Part shown: positions 13,456 to 27,552 of the stretch, piece after piece
How the letters are laid out: each line of letters begins with the position of its first letter
Numbering within the stretch: the first letter of the stretch is position 1
Source: Paraspadella gotoi
Taxonomy: Eukaryota > Animalia > Chaetognatha
Assembly: GCA_051294375.1 (NCBI GenBank)
Contig: CM119269.1
Span: 19,505,936-19,569,935, forward strand
Reading direction: 5' to 3'
Length of the DNA stretch: 64,000 nucleotides
Position numbers and translations under genes: made by a program
The notes under the pieces: generated by a model
Database searches by the model: none
Told to the model about the DNA's origin: nothing
What the model saw: only the letters and a program-made list of their open reading frames with translations

Positions 13456-14728
13456 NNNNNNNNNNNNNNNNNNNNNNNNNNNNNNNNNNNNNNNNNNNNN
13501 NNNNNNNNNNNNNNNNNNNNNNNNNNNNNNNNNNNNNNNNNNNNNNNNNNNNNNNNNNNNNNNNNNNNNNNNNNNNNNNNNNNNNNNNNNNNNNNNNNNN
13601 NNNNNNNNNNNNNNNNNNNNNNNNNNNNNNNNNNNNNNNNNNNNNNNNNNNNNNNNNNNNNNNNNNNNNNNNNNNNNNNNNNNNNNNNNNNNNNNNNNNN
13701 NNNNNNNNNNNNNNNACGACATTTACTACCCAACCACCTTTTAAACCCCCCGTGGGCTTTCGACGTTTACATCGAGTTCAGCCACTCCCGCAGTTTTTGC
13801 TCCTCGTCGACGGAGCAACCGACGCGTCGCTTCGCTTTAAATAAAAACAAAAAAACAAAAGAGAAAATGAAAACAAAAAACAAACAGACAAACACTTTCG
13901 ACTTATTTTCTCCCTCCGAATCGCGCGATTTGTCGGCAGATTAAATTCCGCAACCTTTTTTTTTCGGCGCCAAAGATGGCGGATGGGTCGCGCGTTCAAG
14001 CCTCGCTCCAACACTCTGCAATCCACATAGGATCGCGTCTTCTCTTCCAGATGACAAACAAATTTAACTCTGAGGAAACTTGCGTGGCGGCGCGTTACAG
14101 ACTTAACAACCCGAATCTAACACAATCTAAAGAATATTCTTTATTTCTTTTTAGAAAACTTATTTTACGGAAAAGAAAATCGAATGTCCCGAAGTCGAAG
14201 GCGAATCAAAACTCGATTGGTTTTTTTTCTCATGTCATCGTCGTTTTGATTCAGCCAGAGATCGAATTTTCAAATTGCATTGCAGAGTCACAGGCCGCGT
14301 CAACCTGCAAAACTGTTGCTGAGCCGTCAACCATTTTTTTTATTTGCCTGTGACCAGATAGTGAGGTCGGTCAATCTCTCGTTTTTCTCAAACAAAGAAT
14401 TCATCTTGAACAATTATCAATTAAATATAAGCAGATTTAATCGGAATTCTTAATCTTCGTCGAGAGGGCGTTTTCGATTTCAATCTCAAGAAAATGTAGC
14501 CACCGTAGACTTTGGTTCCACGACGTTTTTACATCTTCAAACTATCAGTTCTCCGCACTAGTTTTCTTACTTTGTTGTTGTTGTTGTTATTGGCGTTTTT
14601 CTCTCTTCCTTCAGACCAAATGCGGTTTTTTTTCTGGCTTAAAACAATGAAACTTCGATTCGATCAACGTCGTTCTCGATTCCCAGTCACAACCCAACTA
14701 AATCCCCTCCTGTCTTCCTATCTTATGG

Positions 14729-14859
<131 letters not shown>

Positions 14860-14965
14860 GCATTTGATTGATTGAATCAAGCGAAGGGATGGCGCTCCAT
14901 TTGCATTTCCAGTTTCTTTAGATCCCTTCGCCGGAAAGAGACTTTGAATAACTTTGGCGTAAGAA

Positions 14966-15015
<50 letters not shown>

Positions 15016-16008
15016 TTTTTATTTCCTTTTGTCGCTGCGGTCTAAGCCACGTCTTCTTCATTGTGAGAAGGAAGTTTGAATTGAAAAGAGCCACGCCTCT
15101 TTCTCTCTCTCTTTCTCGTGGGAAGAACCGTCAACCTTGAAAGCCCACACTCTCCCTGTGGAAACCCACACCCTGAATTTCCACACCCTCATGTTAAGTC
15201 GTACAATCTTGACATTGATGTGTTCACTATACAGTCTCCAATCTCTTATTTAAAAAAACCACTGCGAGACGTTAAGATTAAGTATCGAGTATGTACAAAA
15301 TTGTACATACGAATCTAATGTCAAATCAAACTATAATTTTTTCCCCTTTTGGCCTATCTAAACAACCATAAATAGTGAAAGAGATATTCCAGCAAATTCG
15401 ATGTCGGAGTGAATATGATAATCAGTAATATCATTAGTTTGGTGATTTCGATACTGACTAAAATATGGAAATAGTACGCTTGACAATTTGCAAAATTACT
15501 TTCTATTTTTATGTTGTAAAAAGTCTTTATTTTTTTATCTATTTTATTTAATTATATATATCTTGTTTTTTTTTATTTTTTACTTATAATTAAATCTAAT
15601 AATTCATTTTTGGGAGGGGGAGGTCAGTGTTGTCCTCTGGAAATAGACGAAGCATCTATACAAAGGTTTGAGTACAATCTGTCTCAGTTTTCTAATAGAT
15701 ATCAGTGATAATGACTGAGATAACAGTTCCTGATGTCTGAGATATAACCCTCATAAATCTCATAGTGATAGGAAACGACATTAAAAATTTCTTTTTCGTA
15801 TCTTTCACCGAGTTCTGAAATGACCAAGGAGCGAGACTATTTTTTTATAATTAATATTCATTAAAAATATATTCGGTAAAAAATTCACCCATATTTTAGG
15901 CAGCACCTAACGACCGATCCAGTTCATTACAAATACGGGGTAGTTAACAGAATTACGAAAGGCATCGAAAAAAAGTCTTTCTTCAGCTTTAAATTCGTGT
16001 CAACGACC

Positions 16009-16257
16009 AGAAGGGAGACGGACTGACCGACTTAATTCGAAGGGAGACGGACTGACGCGAACTTAATTCAGAAGGGAGACGGACTTGACCGACTTAAATT
16101 CAGAAGGGAGACGGACTGAACGACTTAATTCAGAAGGGGAGATGGACTGAACCGATTAATTCAGAAAGGGAGATGGGACTGGACCGACTTAATTCAGAAG
16201 GGAGAACGGAAATGACCGACTTAATTCAGAAGGGAGACGGACTGACCGAACTTATCA
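16009..16257. repeat. 30-bp minisatellite
   Basis: About 8 head-to-tail copies of CAGAAGGGAGACGGACTGACCGACTTAATT, plus one more after the gap at 16651-16690. Confidence 0.9.
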
Positions 16258-16280
16258 GGTCGAATCTAATTCGACCGACC

Positions 16281-16329
<49 letters not shown>

Positions 16330-17021
16330 TCTCGCTCGAAGTTGTGATTTAATTTTTCTTTTTTTTCTTCGACGGGAAAACGGGAAAACTTCTTCACTCT
16401 CTCTCTCTCATGCCTTCCGGTGAATCGAAATTCTTTCCTCAACGTTAGTTGCCTTTTAAGTAGGCTGCCTTTTTTTTGTCTGATGGTATGTTCTTTTTTT
16501 CTTTTTACTAAAAATTAAAATAACAAACAACCTCTTGTTTTTCATATCCAACCAAAAAAAAAAAAAAAAAAAAAAATAAAAAAAATCAAACAAAATCATT
16601 TCATTTACAATCAAAAATATCAATGNNNNNNNNNNNNNNNNNNNNNNNNNCTTAATTCAGAAGGGAGACGGACTGACCGACTTAATTCAGGTCGATGCTA
16701 ATTCGACCGACGTTTTTTTTTCGCGAAGAAAACGAAAGGAAAGACTTTTCTTCACTCTCTCCTCTCATTGCCTTCCGTGTGAATGACCTAACGTTAGTTG
16801 CCTTTTAAGTGGCCCCGATGAGAACCTCTTTGTTTCATTCCAACAGTAAAAAAATCAACAAATCAATAAATCATGAAATCAATCAATATATAACTCAATA
16901 TTAATGAATGAAACAATAGTCAAAAACTTTGGTAGATTTAACTTTCCTACCCAAATGTCCGAGCCTTTTTTTTTCCCCTCAAGATTCACTCACCCACAAA
17001 TTACCTCACCCACTTCCTCAC

Positions 17022-17151
17022 CTTTTTCGAGACGGGAATTGATCTCGTCTCCGTGTTGATGAGGACTTCCGCGCTGTCGCTGAATCGACCGTCGGCGGCG
17101 ATGCGGTCGATCTGTTTGTAGGTGCGGGCGTCCCAAGCGGGAAGGCGATCC
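17022..17151 (-). CDS. Eph: Eph receptor exon, ligand-binding domain
   Basis: Phase-2 acceptor CAG| completes Gly (GG+G). Reads DRLPAWDARTYKQIDRIAADGRFSDSAEVLINTETRSIPVSKK (ID-IAAD and NTE-R motifs). Donor AAG|GTGAG. Confidence 0.96.
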
Positions 17152-17328
17152 CTGGTGGATTCGATTAAAAAAATTGCAACGTCAATGCGAACTGTTGAAA
17201 GCTTCGAGTTAGCGAGTAGGCTCAAGAGTTTGAAAGAAAGGGAATAAAAATTAAGGAACGAAAAAAAATAATGTATTGTGGCGGTATATTCACACCGCCT
17301 CACGTCCACCATCCGTCAGCCAAATCCA

Positions 17329-17531
17329 TTGGCTCAGAGGGGGAACACACCATCCCAGGCGTAGTGTTCCTTCCACAGTCCTAACGACTTCCCTCTGCGT
17401 TGGCAAAGCGAGACCGTCCTAGGGTAACCGCGCCAGTGACTGGAGGCGTCACTGAGGGTCGGAAGCCCCCAAAGCCAACAGTGAGATGCCCCATCCCAAT
17501 GGGCATCACAGGCAACCCGGCTGTTGCCATA
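17329..17531 (+). mobile_element. Short structured GC-rich element carrying twister copy 2
   Basis: A-box-like TGGCTCAGAGGG and 5' stems CAGAGGG/CCCTCTG and GGAACAC/GTGTTCC precede the twister. Hairpins GATGCCC/GGGCATC and GGCAAC/GTTGCC follow. The 3' part is shared with the element at 57.2 kb. No clear B-box. Confidence 0.55.
17399..17479 (+). ncRNA. Twister ribozyme, type P5 (copy 2)
   Basis: GUUGGC(P5') AAA GCGA(P2') GACCG UCCUAGGG(P1) U^AA CCGC(P2) GCC AGUGAC-UGGAGGC-GUCACU(P3) G AGGG UCGGAAGC CCCC(P4/L4) AAA GCCAAC(P5). T1 is L4 CGG pairing with CCG. One A-C mismatch each at the ends of P2 and P4. Confidence 0.85.
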
Positions 17532-17917
17532 GTATTCAATTAATCTCATTTGAAAAAAAGCTACGTTGAAAAAGAAGGATAAAGAAAGAATGAACTGAGC
17601 AAGAAAAGAAAAGAAAAGAAAAAAAAGAAAAGAAAAGAAAAGAACCGCTAACTGTGTCGAGATTCTTAGCGTGAGACAAACAAAAGAATTCCCCCTCAAT
17701 TTCTTTCCACGGACGGACTGAAGCTTAACAACATCATAGGGCTCAACAGCAGCAGAGGAATCAACAGCTTCAACAGCATTTACAGCATCAATATATAGCA
17801 TTAACGGCATTAACAGCAATTACAACAACATTCAACACAACAACAGCAAAGATTCTCTCATCGAGATTTTCTTCTCATCCCTCATCTTGGTATTGACTTT
17901 AGACCCTCCCAATCGCG

Positions 17918-17960
<43 letters not shown>

Positions 17961-18348
17961 ACACACTTATGTCCACCCTTAATCCCATCTCCCTGTTTTC
18001 CCTCTTCCGATTACATCCCTGACTCAATCACGAGGGAACCCAATCCTTTTTACTTTCTTCTACCGCTGATCCCTATATATTTCATCATCACTTTCTTTCA
18101 CTTAATCAAAAATTCACCCCCTTTTTTACCATTCACTCTTAATTTCTTTGCTTTCATTTTAGAAAATTCTTGCCCCCTTGATTTTCACTCAATTTTCACT
18201 TACCCTTTCCCCTCCCCTTTTTTCTGTTACCGTTCCTCCTTTCTTTTCCTCCTTTCCCGTTTTCGCCACTTCTTTTCTTTCATCTTCCCCCTTTCCTCCT
18301 TTCCTCCTTTCCTCCTTTCCTCCTTTCCTCCTTTCCTCCCCCCTTTCC

Positions 18349-18863
18349 GTCTCCCTCCAATCAAAGCGCATTCCCGCGGACGAGAGATCTATGGCTTTCC
18401 GGCCAAAAAAAAATCAGCGGGAAATCAACTCCATTTCCTCGCGAAGAAATTCCAGAGGAGGAGTCACTTTTATTATCGAGGAAGACCGAAGGAAAATGAG
18501 GTCGCGCTCTCTCTGTACATAAGTCTGTCCATCCATCATTGCTGTCTGATACGCAGTTAGTATTTTAATATAATTTGTGTTTGAATTTGTCTTTATCATT
18601 CCCGTTTGTGCTTTTCCGTACATGCGGAATAGTGTCATTTGTTTATATTCGTATTATTTTCTCAGCCGTTCTTTTCATCTTGACATTTATATACATATTT
18701 AGACCTCTTTTTGATATTTTTTAATTTATAATTGCCGTTTCAATGTCTGGGTTACTTTTTTTGAAATTGTATAATAGAATTCGTGTCATTTCTGTGTACG
18801 CATGCTACTAGTCTGCGAAAAAAAACAAGGAAGAGAGAGAGGAGAGAGAGTATGAAGAGAGAG

Positions 18864-18894
<31 letters not shown>

Positions 18895-19098
18895 AGAGGA
18901 GAAGAGAGAGAGAGACGCCGGAGCAAAAGACAAAGAGATTGATCATGGACAAAGATGTTCAATCGTTTTGGCCCTCAAAAAGAGAGAAACGATAAGGTTT
19001 CATTATTGCTTTCAACCTTGAAGTAGAAACTTTGGAAGAAGGTTGCAGACGACGGACTTTACGAAGAGAGAAAGAAGAGAGATGAGAGAAGAGAGAGA

Positions 19099-19134
<36 letters not shown>

Positions 19135-22100
19135 ATGTGTGTGTGTTTTTAATGTGTGTGTAGAAAAATCCTCTACGTATTCTCTTTTTATGATCTCGAC
19201 CCTCCGGTTTTCCCTGAAAATATTAGAATTTCAAGAGAGAGGGAAAAAGGTTTAGTAAGTTGGTTGGCTGAGCGACTCGCTGTTGGAATGAAGACAGATC
19301 TCAAGGTTGAAAAACATTTTCTCTGATAACAGAATAAAGGAATTGAAAGAAAGTAAATCTAAGACAATCTCTAATAGCTTTCATCGTTAATTTGTAACAG
19401 TACTTTTCGTTGTGTCTGTTTTATTCTGTATTCTCGCACTTGTTGTAACAAGCCCGCTCTTAAAAAAGAAAAATCCTAAAATAAACAGAAATACAGTTTC
19501 TTGCTCATTCGCTCGTTTTTTTTTTCTCTTCCCAGAGATTTTGAGATTTTCTATTTCGAGCAACGATTCTGTTTCGCGCGCGCGAGTTTCTGAGAAATAG
19601 GGAGAGGCGTGGGTGGGAGAGGAAGTGGGTAAGGACGAAAACTTAAGTTGGTAAGGTTGTCCGTGACGACGATTAACTGAAAGAATAAGTTATGTTTCAC
19701 GATGAGGAAAACAAGAGAGAAGATTATCGATCGTTCAAGATTGTTAAGCGCGAGAGAGAGTGAGGCGCAGGTAAGGGGTTGGCAATGGTAAGTTTAAGAG
19801 TAAGCACTCGAGTTGCCGAGTTTTCGAGAACCGGAAAGAAGTGAGTTGATAAAAGAGAGAGGGTTATCGGTGGTAGGGGTAATGGCTTGACGGAGTAAGT
19901 GTTTCAGAAGGTAAGGGTTGGCGATGGAACTTGGGCTTTTGTTTTCTGTTATCGAGTGATGGACGGCGCGATAAAAAGGTCGTTTCCATTCCAGGCGTCG
20001 TCGTCGTCGTCGTCGTTCGTCGTCGTCGAAGAGATTTCGCTGTCGACTTCGTCGTGATCGTTGTTGTCAGTATCATTGATATAAATTCTAATCGTCACAA
20101 GATTCTTTATCGTCGTCGCTGTTTTATTATCATCATCATTAAATTTAGTAGTGAATATTATAATAAAGGAGAGACGAAATCCTTTCTCCTTTCTCCTTTC
20201 ACTCCTTCCTCCCGCCTTTCGTCTCCCTCCCAATCAAAAGCGCATTCCCGCGGACGGAGAGATCTATGGCTTCCCCGGCCCAAAAAACAATCAGCGGAAA
20301 TCAACTCCATTTCCTCCGAAGAAAATTCCAAGAGGAGGGAGTCACTTTTATTAATCGAGGAAGACCGAAGAAAATCGAGGTCGCGACTCTCTCTGTACAT
20401 AAGTCTGTCCATCCATCATTGCTGTCTGAATACACGCCAGTTAGTATTTTAAATATAATTTGTGTTTGAATTTGTCTTTTATCATTCCGTTTGTGCTTTC
20501 CGTAATGCGGATATAGTGTCATTTGTTTATATTCCGTAATTATTTTCTCACCGTTCTTTTCATCTTGACATTTATATTATACATATTAGGACCTTCTTTT
20601 TTGATATTTTTTAATTTATAATTGCGTTTCAAATGTCTGGGTTACTTTTTGAAAATTGTATAATAGAAATTCGTGGTCATTTTCTGTGTACCAGTGCTAC
20701 TCATCTGCGAAAAAAAACAAGGAAGAGAGAGAGGAGAGAGAGTATGAAGAGAGAGGAGAGAGAAGAGAGTAGAAGAGAGAGAGAGAAGAGGAGAAGAGAG
20801 AGAGAGCGTCAGGAGCAAAGACAGAGATTGAATATGGACTAAAGATGTTCTAATCGTTTGCTGCGCGCGGTGAGTCCTCAAAAGAGAGAAACGATAAGGC
20901 TTTTCATTATTGCTTCAACCTTGAAGTAGAAACTTTGGAAGAAGGTTGCAGACGACGGACTTTAACGAAAGTAGAGAAAGAAAAGAGAGAGAGGAGAAGA
21001 TGAGAGGAGAGGAACGTAGTCTCTCTCGCGCATGTCGCGGGACTCGCACGCTGACGCAGTTGGTCATGTCATGAGACGATAGGGCGTTCATATGTAAAGA
21101 TGTAGAAACTTGGAAAGAGGTTCAGACGAGACTTAAGGAAGAGGGGGAAGGAGAGAGAGGAAAAAGAGAGGGAGGTGGTGGGATGATAGTGTGTAGAGTA
21201 ATGTGGTGTTATGTGTGTGTAGTTAGAATCTCTACCGTATTTCTTTTTATTGATCTCGACCCTCCGGTTTTCCCTGAAAAATATTACGAATTTCAAGAGA
21301 GAGGGAAAAAGGTTTAAAAAATTAGTAAGTTTGGTTGGCTGAGCGACTCGCTGTTGGAATGAAAGACAGATCTCAAGGTTGAAAAACATTTTCTCTGATA
21401 ACAGAATAGGAATTGAAAAAAAGTAACATCTAAGACAATCTCTAAATAGCTTTCATCGATAATTTGTAACAGTTTTCTTTTCGTTGTGTCTGTTTTTTTC
21501 TGTATTCTCGCACTTGTTGTAACAAGCCCGCTCTTAAAAAAGAAACATCCTAAAAATAACAGAAATACAGTTTCTTGCTCATTCGCGTCGTTTTTTTTTC
21601 TCTTCCCAGAGATTTGAGATTTTTCTATTTCGAGCAACGATTCTGTTTCGACGCGCGCGCGAGTTCTCTGAGAATGGCGAGAGAGGCTGGGTGGGAGAGG
21701 AAGTGGTGGAAAGGACCGAAACACTATAGTTCGGATAAGGTTTCCGCCTGAACGAACGATTAAGACTGAAAGAAAAGTTATGTTTCACGATGAGGAAAAC
21801 AAGAGAGAAGATTATCGATCGTTCGTCAAGATTGTTAAGCGCGAAAGAGAGGTGAGGCGCAGTAAGGGGTTTGGCAATGGTAAGGTTTAAGAGTAGCACT
21901 CGAGTTTGCCGAGTTTTCGAGAAACCGGAAAGAAGTGAGTTGATAAAAGAGAGAGGGATTATCGGTGGTAGGGGTAATGGCTTGACGGAAGTAAGTGTTT
22001 CAGAAGGTAAGGGTTGGCGGATGGAACTTTGGGCTTTTGTTCTGTATCGAGTGATGGCGGCGCGGATAAAAAGGCTTCGTTTCCACATCTCCAGGCGGTC

Positions 22101-22266
22101 TGTCGTCGTCCGTCGTTCGTCGTCGTCGAAGAGAGTTTTCGCTGTCGACCTTCGTCGTGATCGTTGTTAGTCGTATCATTGATATAAATTCTAAATCGCA
22201 ACAAAAAGTTCTTTTATCGTCGTCTGCTGTTTTATTATCATAATCATTAATTAGTAGTGAATATTA
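18349..22266. repeat. Tandem duplication of about 1.9 kb (18349-20160 and 20221-22266), probably an assembly artefact
   Basis: The two copies are collinear and differ mainly by single-base indels. They end just before a 25-N gap at 22475-22499. Confidence 0.85.
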
Positions 22267-24955
22267 TTGTGTTTCCTTTTTTTTTCCTTTTTCTACATGA
22301 CAGTTTTTTCGTTTTTTTTTTTTTTTTTATCATTGTCATTTTTGTCATTGTTTTTTTGTTTCTATGTGAGTTTGCGTCTTGACGTCGTTCGCCCATCGTT
22401 TTGCTCGTCGTCGTCGTCGCCGATGCCCTTCGTCGCTTCGTCATCACTGTCGTTGTCCATCCTCCTCGTCGTCGNNNNNNNNNNNNNNNNNNNNNNNNNT
22501 CGTCATTCTCATCGTCGTCGTCGTCGTCGTCGTCGTCGCCGGCATCGGTGACGCGATAAACACCATAAATTCGTCTGGCGAAAGAAGAAGACGCGAATTC
22601 GACGCCGGCGATGTTTTGACGGAGGCGCTGATGCGGCGCCCGAGGTCGACGCCGACGCCGACCCTTGACCTCAAACGCAGATCCGACTTTAAATCCGGCG
22701 CCGATTTAAGAAAGAAAATCCGCAGTGCCGATATCTTTTTTTTTTAAAAGCTGCGCTAGGTTCTCAATCTTAAGGCGCAGTCAAGAGATCGAAGACAAAC
22801 TGCGCTCTTCTCTTACTATCGCATTCACTTGGGCACGGCACCCTCAATCGTGGCAATATACGCCGGTGCCGGTGCCATTGGTGGCGCCAATGCGGGAGCC
22901 GGTGCCGTTGCCGGTACTGGGACTGCTGCCGCTGCCGCTGCCGCTGCAAGGGCGGAATCTCTAACCTCAAATCCCAGACTTTATCTGAGTGTAATTTAAG
23001 AGAAACAATAAATCTGCCGCAGAATTCTGTTCGAGAAAAAGATTCCCCAACATTTTTACAGTTGTAAGGATGTTTTTGTAAGAATAGGAAAGTATGTTAA
23101 AACTTGATATGGTATTTAATTTCATCTGCTTTCGCGCATATGCATCTTATTTTCTCTGCATTTACAAGGTGAAGAAAGTGAAGAGCTTAAAAGTAAAAGC
23201 AAACATAATTACATTAGAGTTAAGAACAAAGAGTGAATCTGCAAGCTCCTGTGCCATAAGTCATATCGACGTGCTAAGTTAATTTCAAGTTAATTCGTGA
23301 TTCCCTTGTTCATTTAATCTACACCCTTAATGATCGATTATACTAGTGAAGGTTCTTTTTTTTTCCCCGTTTATCTTCTTCCCTCTCTCATCTCTGGTTT
23401 TATTTTTTTTTAATTCTTTTCCACTTCTCTCTCACCGAGAGTCATCCATCAATCTTTAAGTCAAATATATATAATCGGTTTTGAAACGAAAAAAAAAAAT
23501 TTAAACAAAACCTCGTATTGAATTTCATCCTCCTCATCTTCCTTTTCTAATTCATCTTCCTGTCTTCCTCCTCCTCCTCCTCCTCCTCCTCCCCTTCCTC
23601 CTCCCATCTCCTGCCCAGATTTTTGAAGACCATTCTTCTTCTTATCGATTTCTTCCGAGTCAGAAAAAAAGGAAGGCGTCCCAAATTTTCTTTCCTACCC
23701 GAGTTTCCCAACTCAACCCTTTTTTTTTTATCCTTTTCACCTTTAACGCCTTTCTTTCCTCTTTTTTTACTTCCAACGACTCCTCTCATATAAAAAATTT
23801 CACATCTATACATATTCCTAACATTTCTTATTCCCATATTTACTCTCCTACCCTTATCTCACCTCTTCCCTTTTCCACCTTCACCCACAATTCTGCCCTA
23901 TCTCGGATGATTTTTTTTTTTTTTTTTGAAAAATGGGCGCGCCTCCCCCTTAAACCTTGGATGAATTATGGCGTCGGGAGGCGGGGGCCGATTATCGCCA
24001 ATCGTCATTAAAGGCATCCACGCNNNNNNNNNNNNNNNNNNNNNNNNNNNNNNNNNNNNNNNNNNNNNNNNNNNNNNNNNNNNNNNNNNNNNNNNNNNNN
24101 NNNNNNNNNNNNNNNNNNNNNNNNNNNNNNNNNNNNNNNNNNNNNNNNNNNNNNNNNNNNNNNNNNNNNNNNNNNNNNNNNNNNNNNNNNNNNNNNNNNN
24201 NNNNNNNNNNNNNNNNNNNNNNNNNNNNNNNNNNNNNNNNNNNNNNNNNNNGAGAGAGAGAGAATAGAATAGGAATAGGAGGAACGGAGAAGAGAGGTGC
24301 TTGAAAATACTAATGCATAATAGGAGGGAAAGGTGGAAGCAAAGTGGAGGAAAGAAGTGGAAAATGAAAAGATGATGGAAAGAAGTGGAAAATGAAAAGA
24401 TGATGGAAAGGAGTGGAAATGAAAAGTGGCTACTGAGAAGTACAGTAGAATCAGAGTGAGAGAGAAGGAGAGAAATGGAGGGGAATCATTACTTACATTG
24501 CCTTAATGACTTTTTCTCACATTTCGAAGTTATTCTGAAAATCTCTCCAAGACTGAAAGAGATGGAAGTTATGGTTGGTTGGAAATTTTTCGCAAAATTG
24601 GAATTGGTCCATGGAGGAAGAAAAGAGATGTTTGGGTCTAGAAAAAGTTGGAACAGTAGCCTTGAGCAATAAATCATTCGTTATCAAATAATTTTTTTTT
24701 TTTTTTTTTGCATCAAACATGGATTTCATCGATTTCCAATTTGCTAATTCGAACTTTTGGTAAAAAAATAAAAATATCATTCGACAAAAAATGAGAAAAG
24801 CTAAGTTGGCTTCGCACAATTCTGCAATTTTATACTGTTGAGCCTCTGTGCTACAGGGATGCAACGATGCTACAGCGTAAAAACATTATGTTGACAAATG
24901 AAAGGAATTCAAAACCAACAAAGCGGAAGGAAAAAATCCGAGGCCAGTCACACGC

Positions 24956-25077
<122 letters not shown>

Positions 25078-26753
25078 GTCCCCTCCATCCATTTACACAA
25101 CAGATGCTCATTTAAAAAAAAAAATCCTCAGCGAATTTTTTCGATTTTAGTTTAAACGTTCGACAAAAAAAGTGAACTGACGTCAACCAGGACAAATGGT
25201 TGATAGAAAAAGAGTTACGGTTGACGGGAAAAGAGAAAAGAAAGACAGAATATAGTATAGTATATCAGACTAGTTTGATGAATGGAAATGGAATTTTCAA
25301 AATGTTTGTATGGTACTATCGTAGCAGGTGGACATATACATGTAAAGTGTATAAATACAAAAGAATACTGCGGACTAAAAAAGAAGATAATTTTTTTTAA
25401 ATAAAAAAAAATAATCAAATAAAAAAAGGAGACTATAAAAAGTAATCACGAAGCAGAAAAAGCGATTAAAGCAGCAACCGTATCACCAATAAATTGAGAT
25501 CATAAGAATCAATGACGAAAAATCGCATCCTATGATGTCAAACGAAGTTCATTGAACTTTTCTCAAAAAACAATAAAAAAGGCTTTTCACGATTTGAGGT
25601 CAATAACCGAAGAGATGCGCGAGTTAAAGAAGAGAAAAAATGGTAAAAAAACGAAAAACCAAAGCTGTTCGAAACAATTAAAGCATAAAACAAACAAAAA
25701 CTAAACCATTAAAATCCCAGACCCAAGATTAAAAAAAACTGTTTCGTGACGAAGGTTTTCGTTTCCACATTTAAAACGGTAACTTTGCTCTCACTCGCGA
25801 AAGTCAGACAGACATTCAGACCGACAGACAGACCGCATCAAATCGGGACAGACAGACAGACAGAATGTCAGACATACATTCAGACCGACAGACAGACCGT
25901 ATCAAATCGGGACAGCAGGAGGCGAGAAGATGAATCGACGCTTCGTTCTGTCTCTCTCGAGCGCAACATGCGTCGCTCAACCGTGACCCGAGCCAATCGC
26001 TGCTTGCAATAAAGAGTGAAGCTGATGGTCGAACCAGAATCCGGAGCGGAATTTCCCGTCGGTCATCCCTTCATCCATTCATCCATTCATCTTTTAATCC
26101 ATTCATCTTTTAATCCATTCATCTTTTAATCCATTCATACCGCATTCCATTCGTCTCCTTTGTCCGATTCAAACCTCGTTTCTCTCTCGGGAGATGGGGT
26201 AAGTCGCATTGTTCTCTCTAGTGACGTAGTGTTGCCTCGATTGTCCGGGTGACGTCTTAGGTTTAGCGTCGTTAGAATTGCGTCCTTCGTATGGGCGCTT
26301 TAGAGTTGCGGTGCCGCGAGCCGAGTCGTGTCATGTCATTGCGTAACAGGGAAGTTCGAAGTTTGGCCATGACAGAACGAAAACGAAACGAAGACAAATA
26401 AAAACAAAATGCTCTTTAGCTGAAAAGAGGAAATGAATAAAACGTCATAATTTAAAAATTCAAGGGATTTTTTTTCTTTGCAAAACCAAATGGTTTGAAG
26501 AGATCTCCCTTTGTTTCGCTTTACTTTCTTTTCCAGCCTTTCTACCAAATTTAATTAGTCCAGCTAGCTTAAATTCACGTCTGGTGCAACTCAAAAAAAC
26601 GGCATTGAATGCGGACCGAAATAAAAATTCTTTTTTAGATCATTGTCCCTCTGATTCAAAATGAGGACGAGTAGGAGCCTCTCTTTTTTTGCGTTTTACT
26701 TTCAACGAAATTAATTAATTTCGAATCAATCATCTGGGGGGCGCCAAGAAGAC

Positions 26754-26819
<66 letters not shown>

Positions 26820-27076
26820 TATTCTTCCATTGAATCATGGAAAATGGTTGAGTTCGTTGTGACGGCGAAAAAGGTAGAGGAGGCGGAGGCCAGGAATGGT
26901 AATATAATGGATTCCGGTGGATGGGACGATGATTTGAGGTGGCACGAAGCGTTGTTGTGGTAGAGATCGCACCGGTTGTGCTTGTGTTAGAGGTGACTTT
27001 GTGATTTCCGGAGGAGAAAGAAGAATAGTTCTCTCTGTCCCTATGTTTCTTCATCTGTCCGGGTGTCTTTCCGTCC

Positions 27077-27115
<39 letters not shown>

Positions 27116-27313
27116 GCAGCACCTCTTTCAAAATTGTTTGATATTTTTCTTCACTTTTTCTCATTATTACTTTAATTTTCATTCCATCAGGTCAGGATCT
27201 ATTCTCCATCATTTCCCAATAATTTCGAACAGTTCCCATTCACTCCATCATCCTAATCCACTATCAATTACTCCACCCGTTCCTCACCCACTTCCCATCA
27301 ATTTTTTCCTCAC

Positions 27314-27552
27314 CCGAAATCGAAATCTGATTCCAAGAATCTCAGGTCGAAGGTTTCCTTGCAGGACCTGACCACACCGGGCGACTCCTTGCAGTCCCTC
27401 ATGGAGAACTTCATCTCGATGTAGAGGCGGTGGGCGTTGCCCCTCTTCACCCATGGCGTCCGCAGCCAGTTGTGCACGTTGGGGGAGTTGATGTCGCAGA
27501 CGGAGTAAGTCCGCCAATTGTTAATCTCCTTCTGTTGGTCGCTCCAGGAGAC
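27314..27552 (-). CDS. Eph: Eph receptor exon, ligand-binding domain
   Basis: Acceptor CAG|, donor GG|GTGAG. 239 nt reading VSWSDQQKEINNWRTYSVCDINSPNVHNWLRTPWVKRGNAHRLYIEMKFSMRDCKESPGVVRSCKETFDLRFLESDFDF(G), with the Eph hallmarks RTY-VC, NWLRT, RDC and CKETF. Confidence 0.97.

Noticed and set aside
16009-16257. 30-bp repeats resembling a CRISPR array
   Set aside because: The units are head-to-tail with no unique spacers, there are no cas genes, and the context is a eukaryotic intron.
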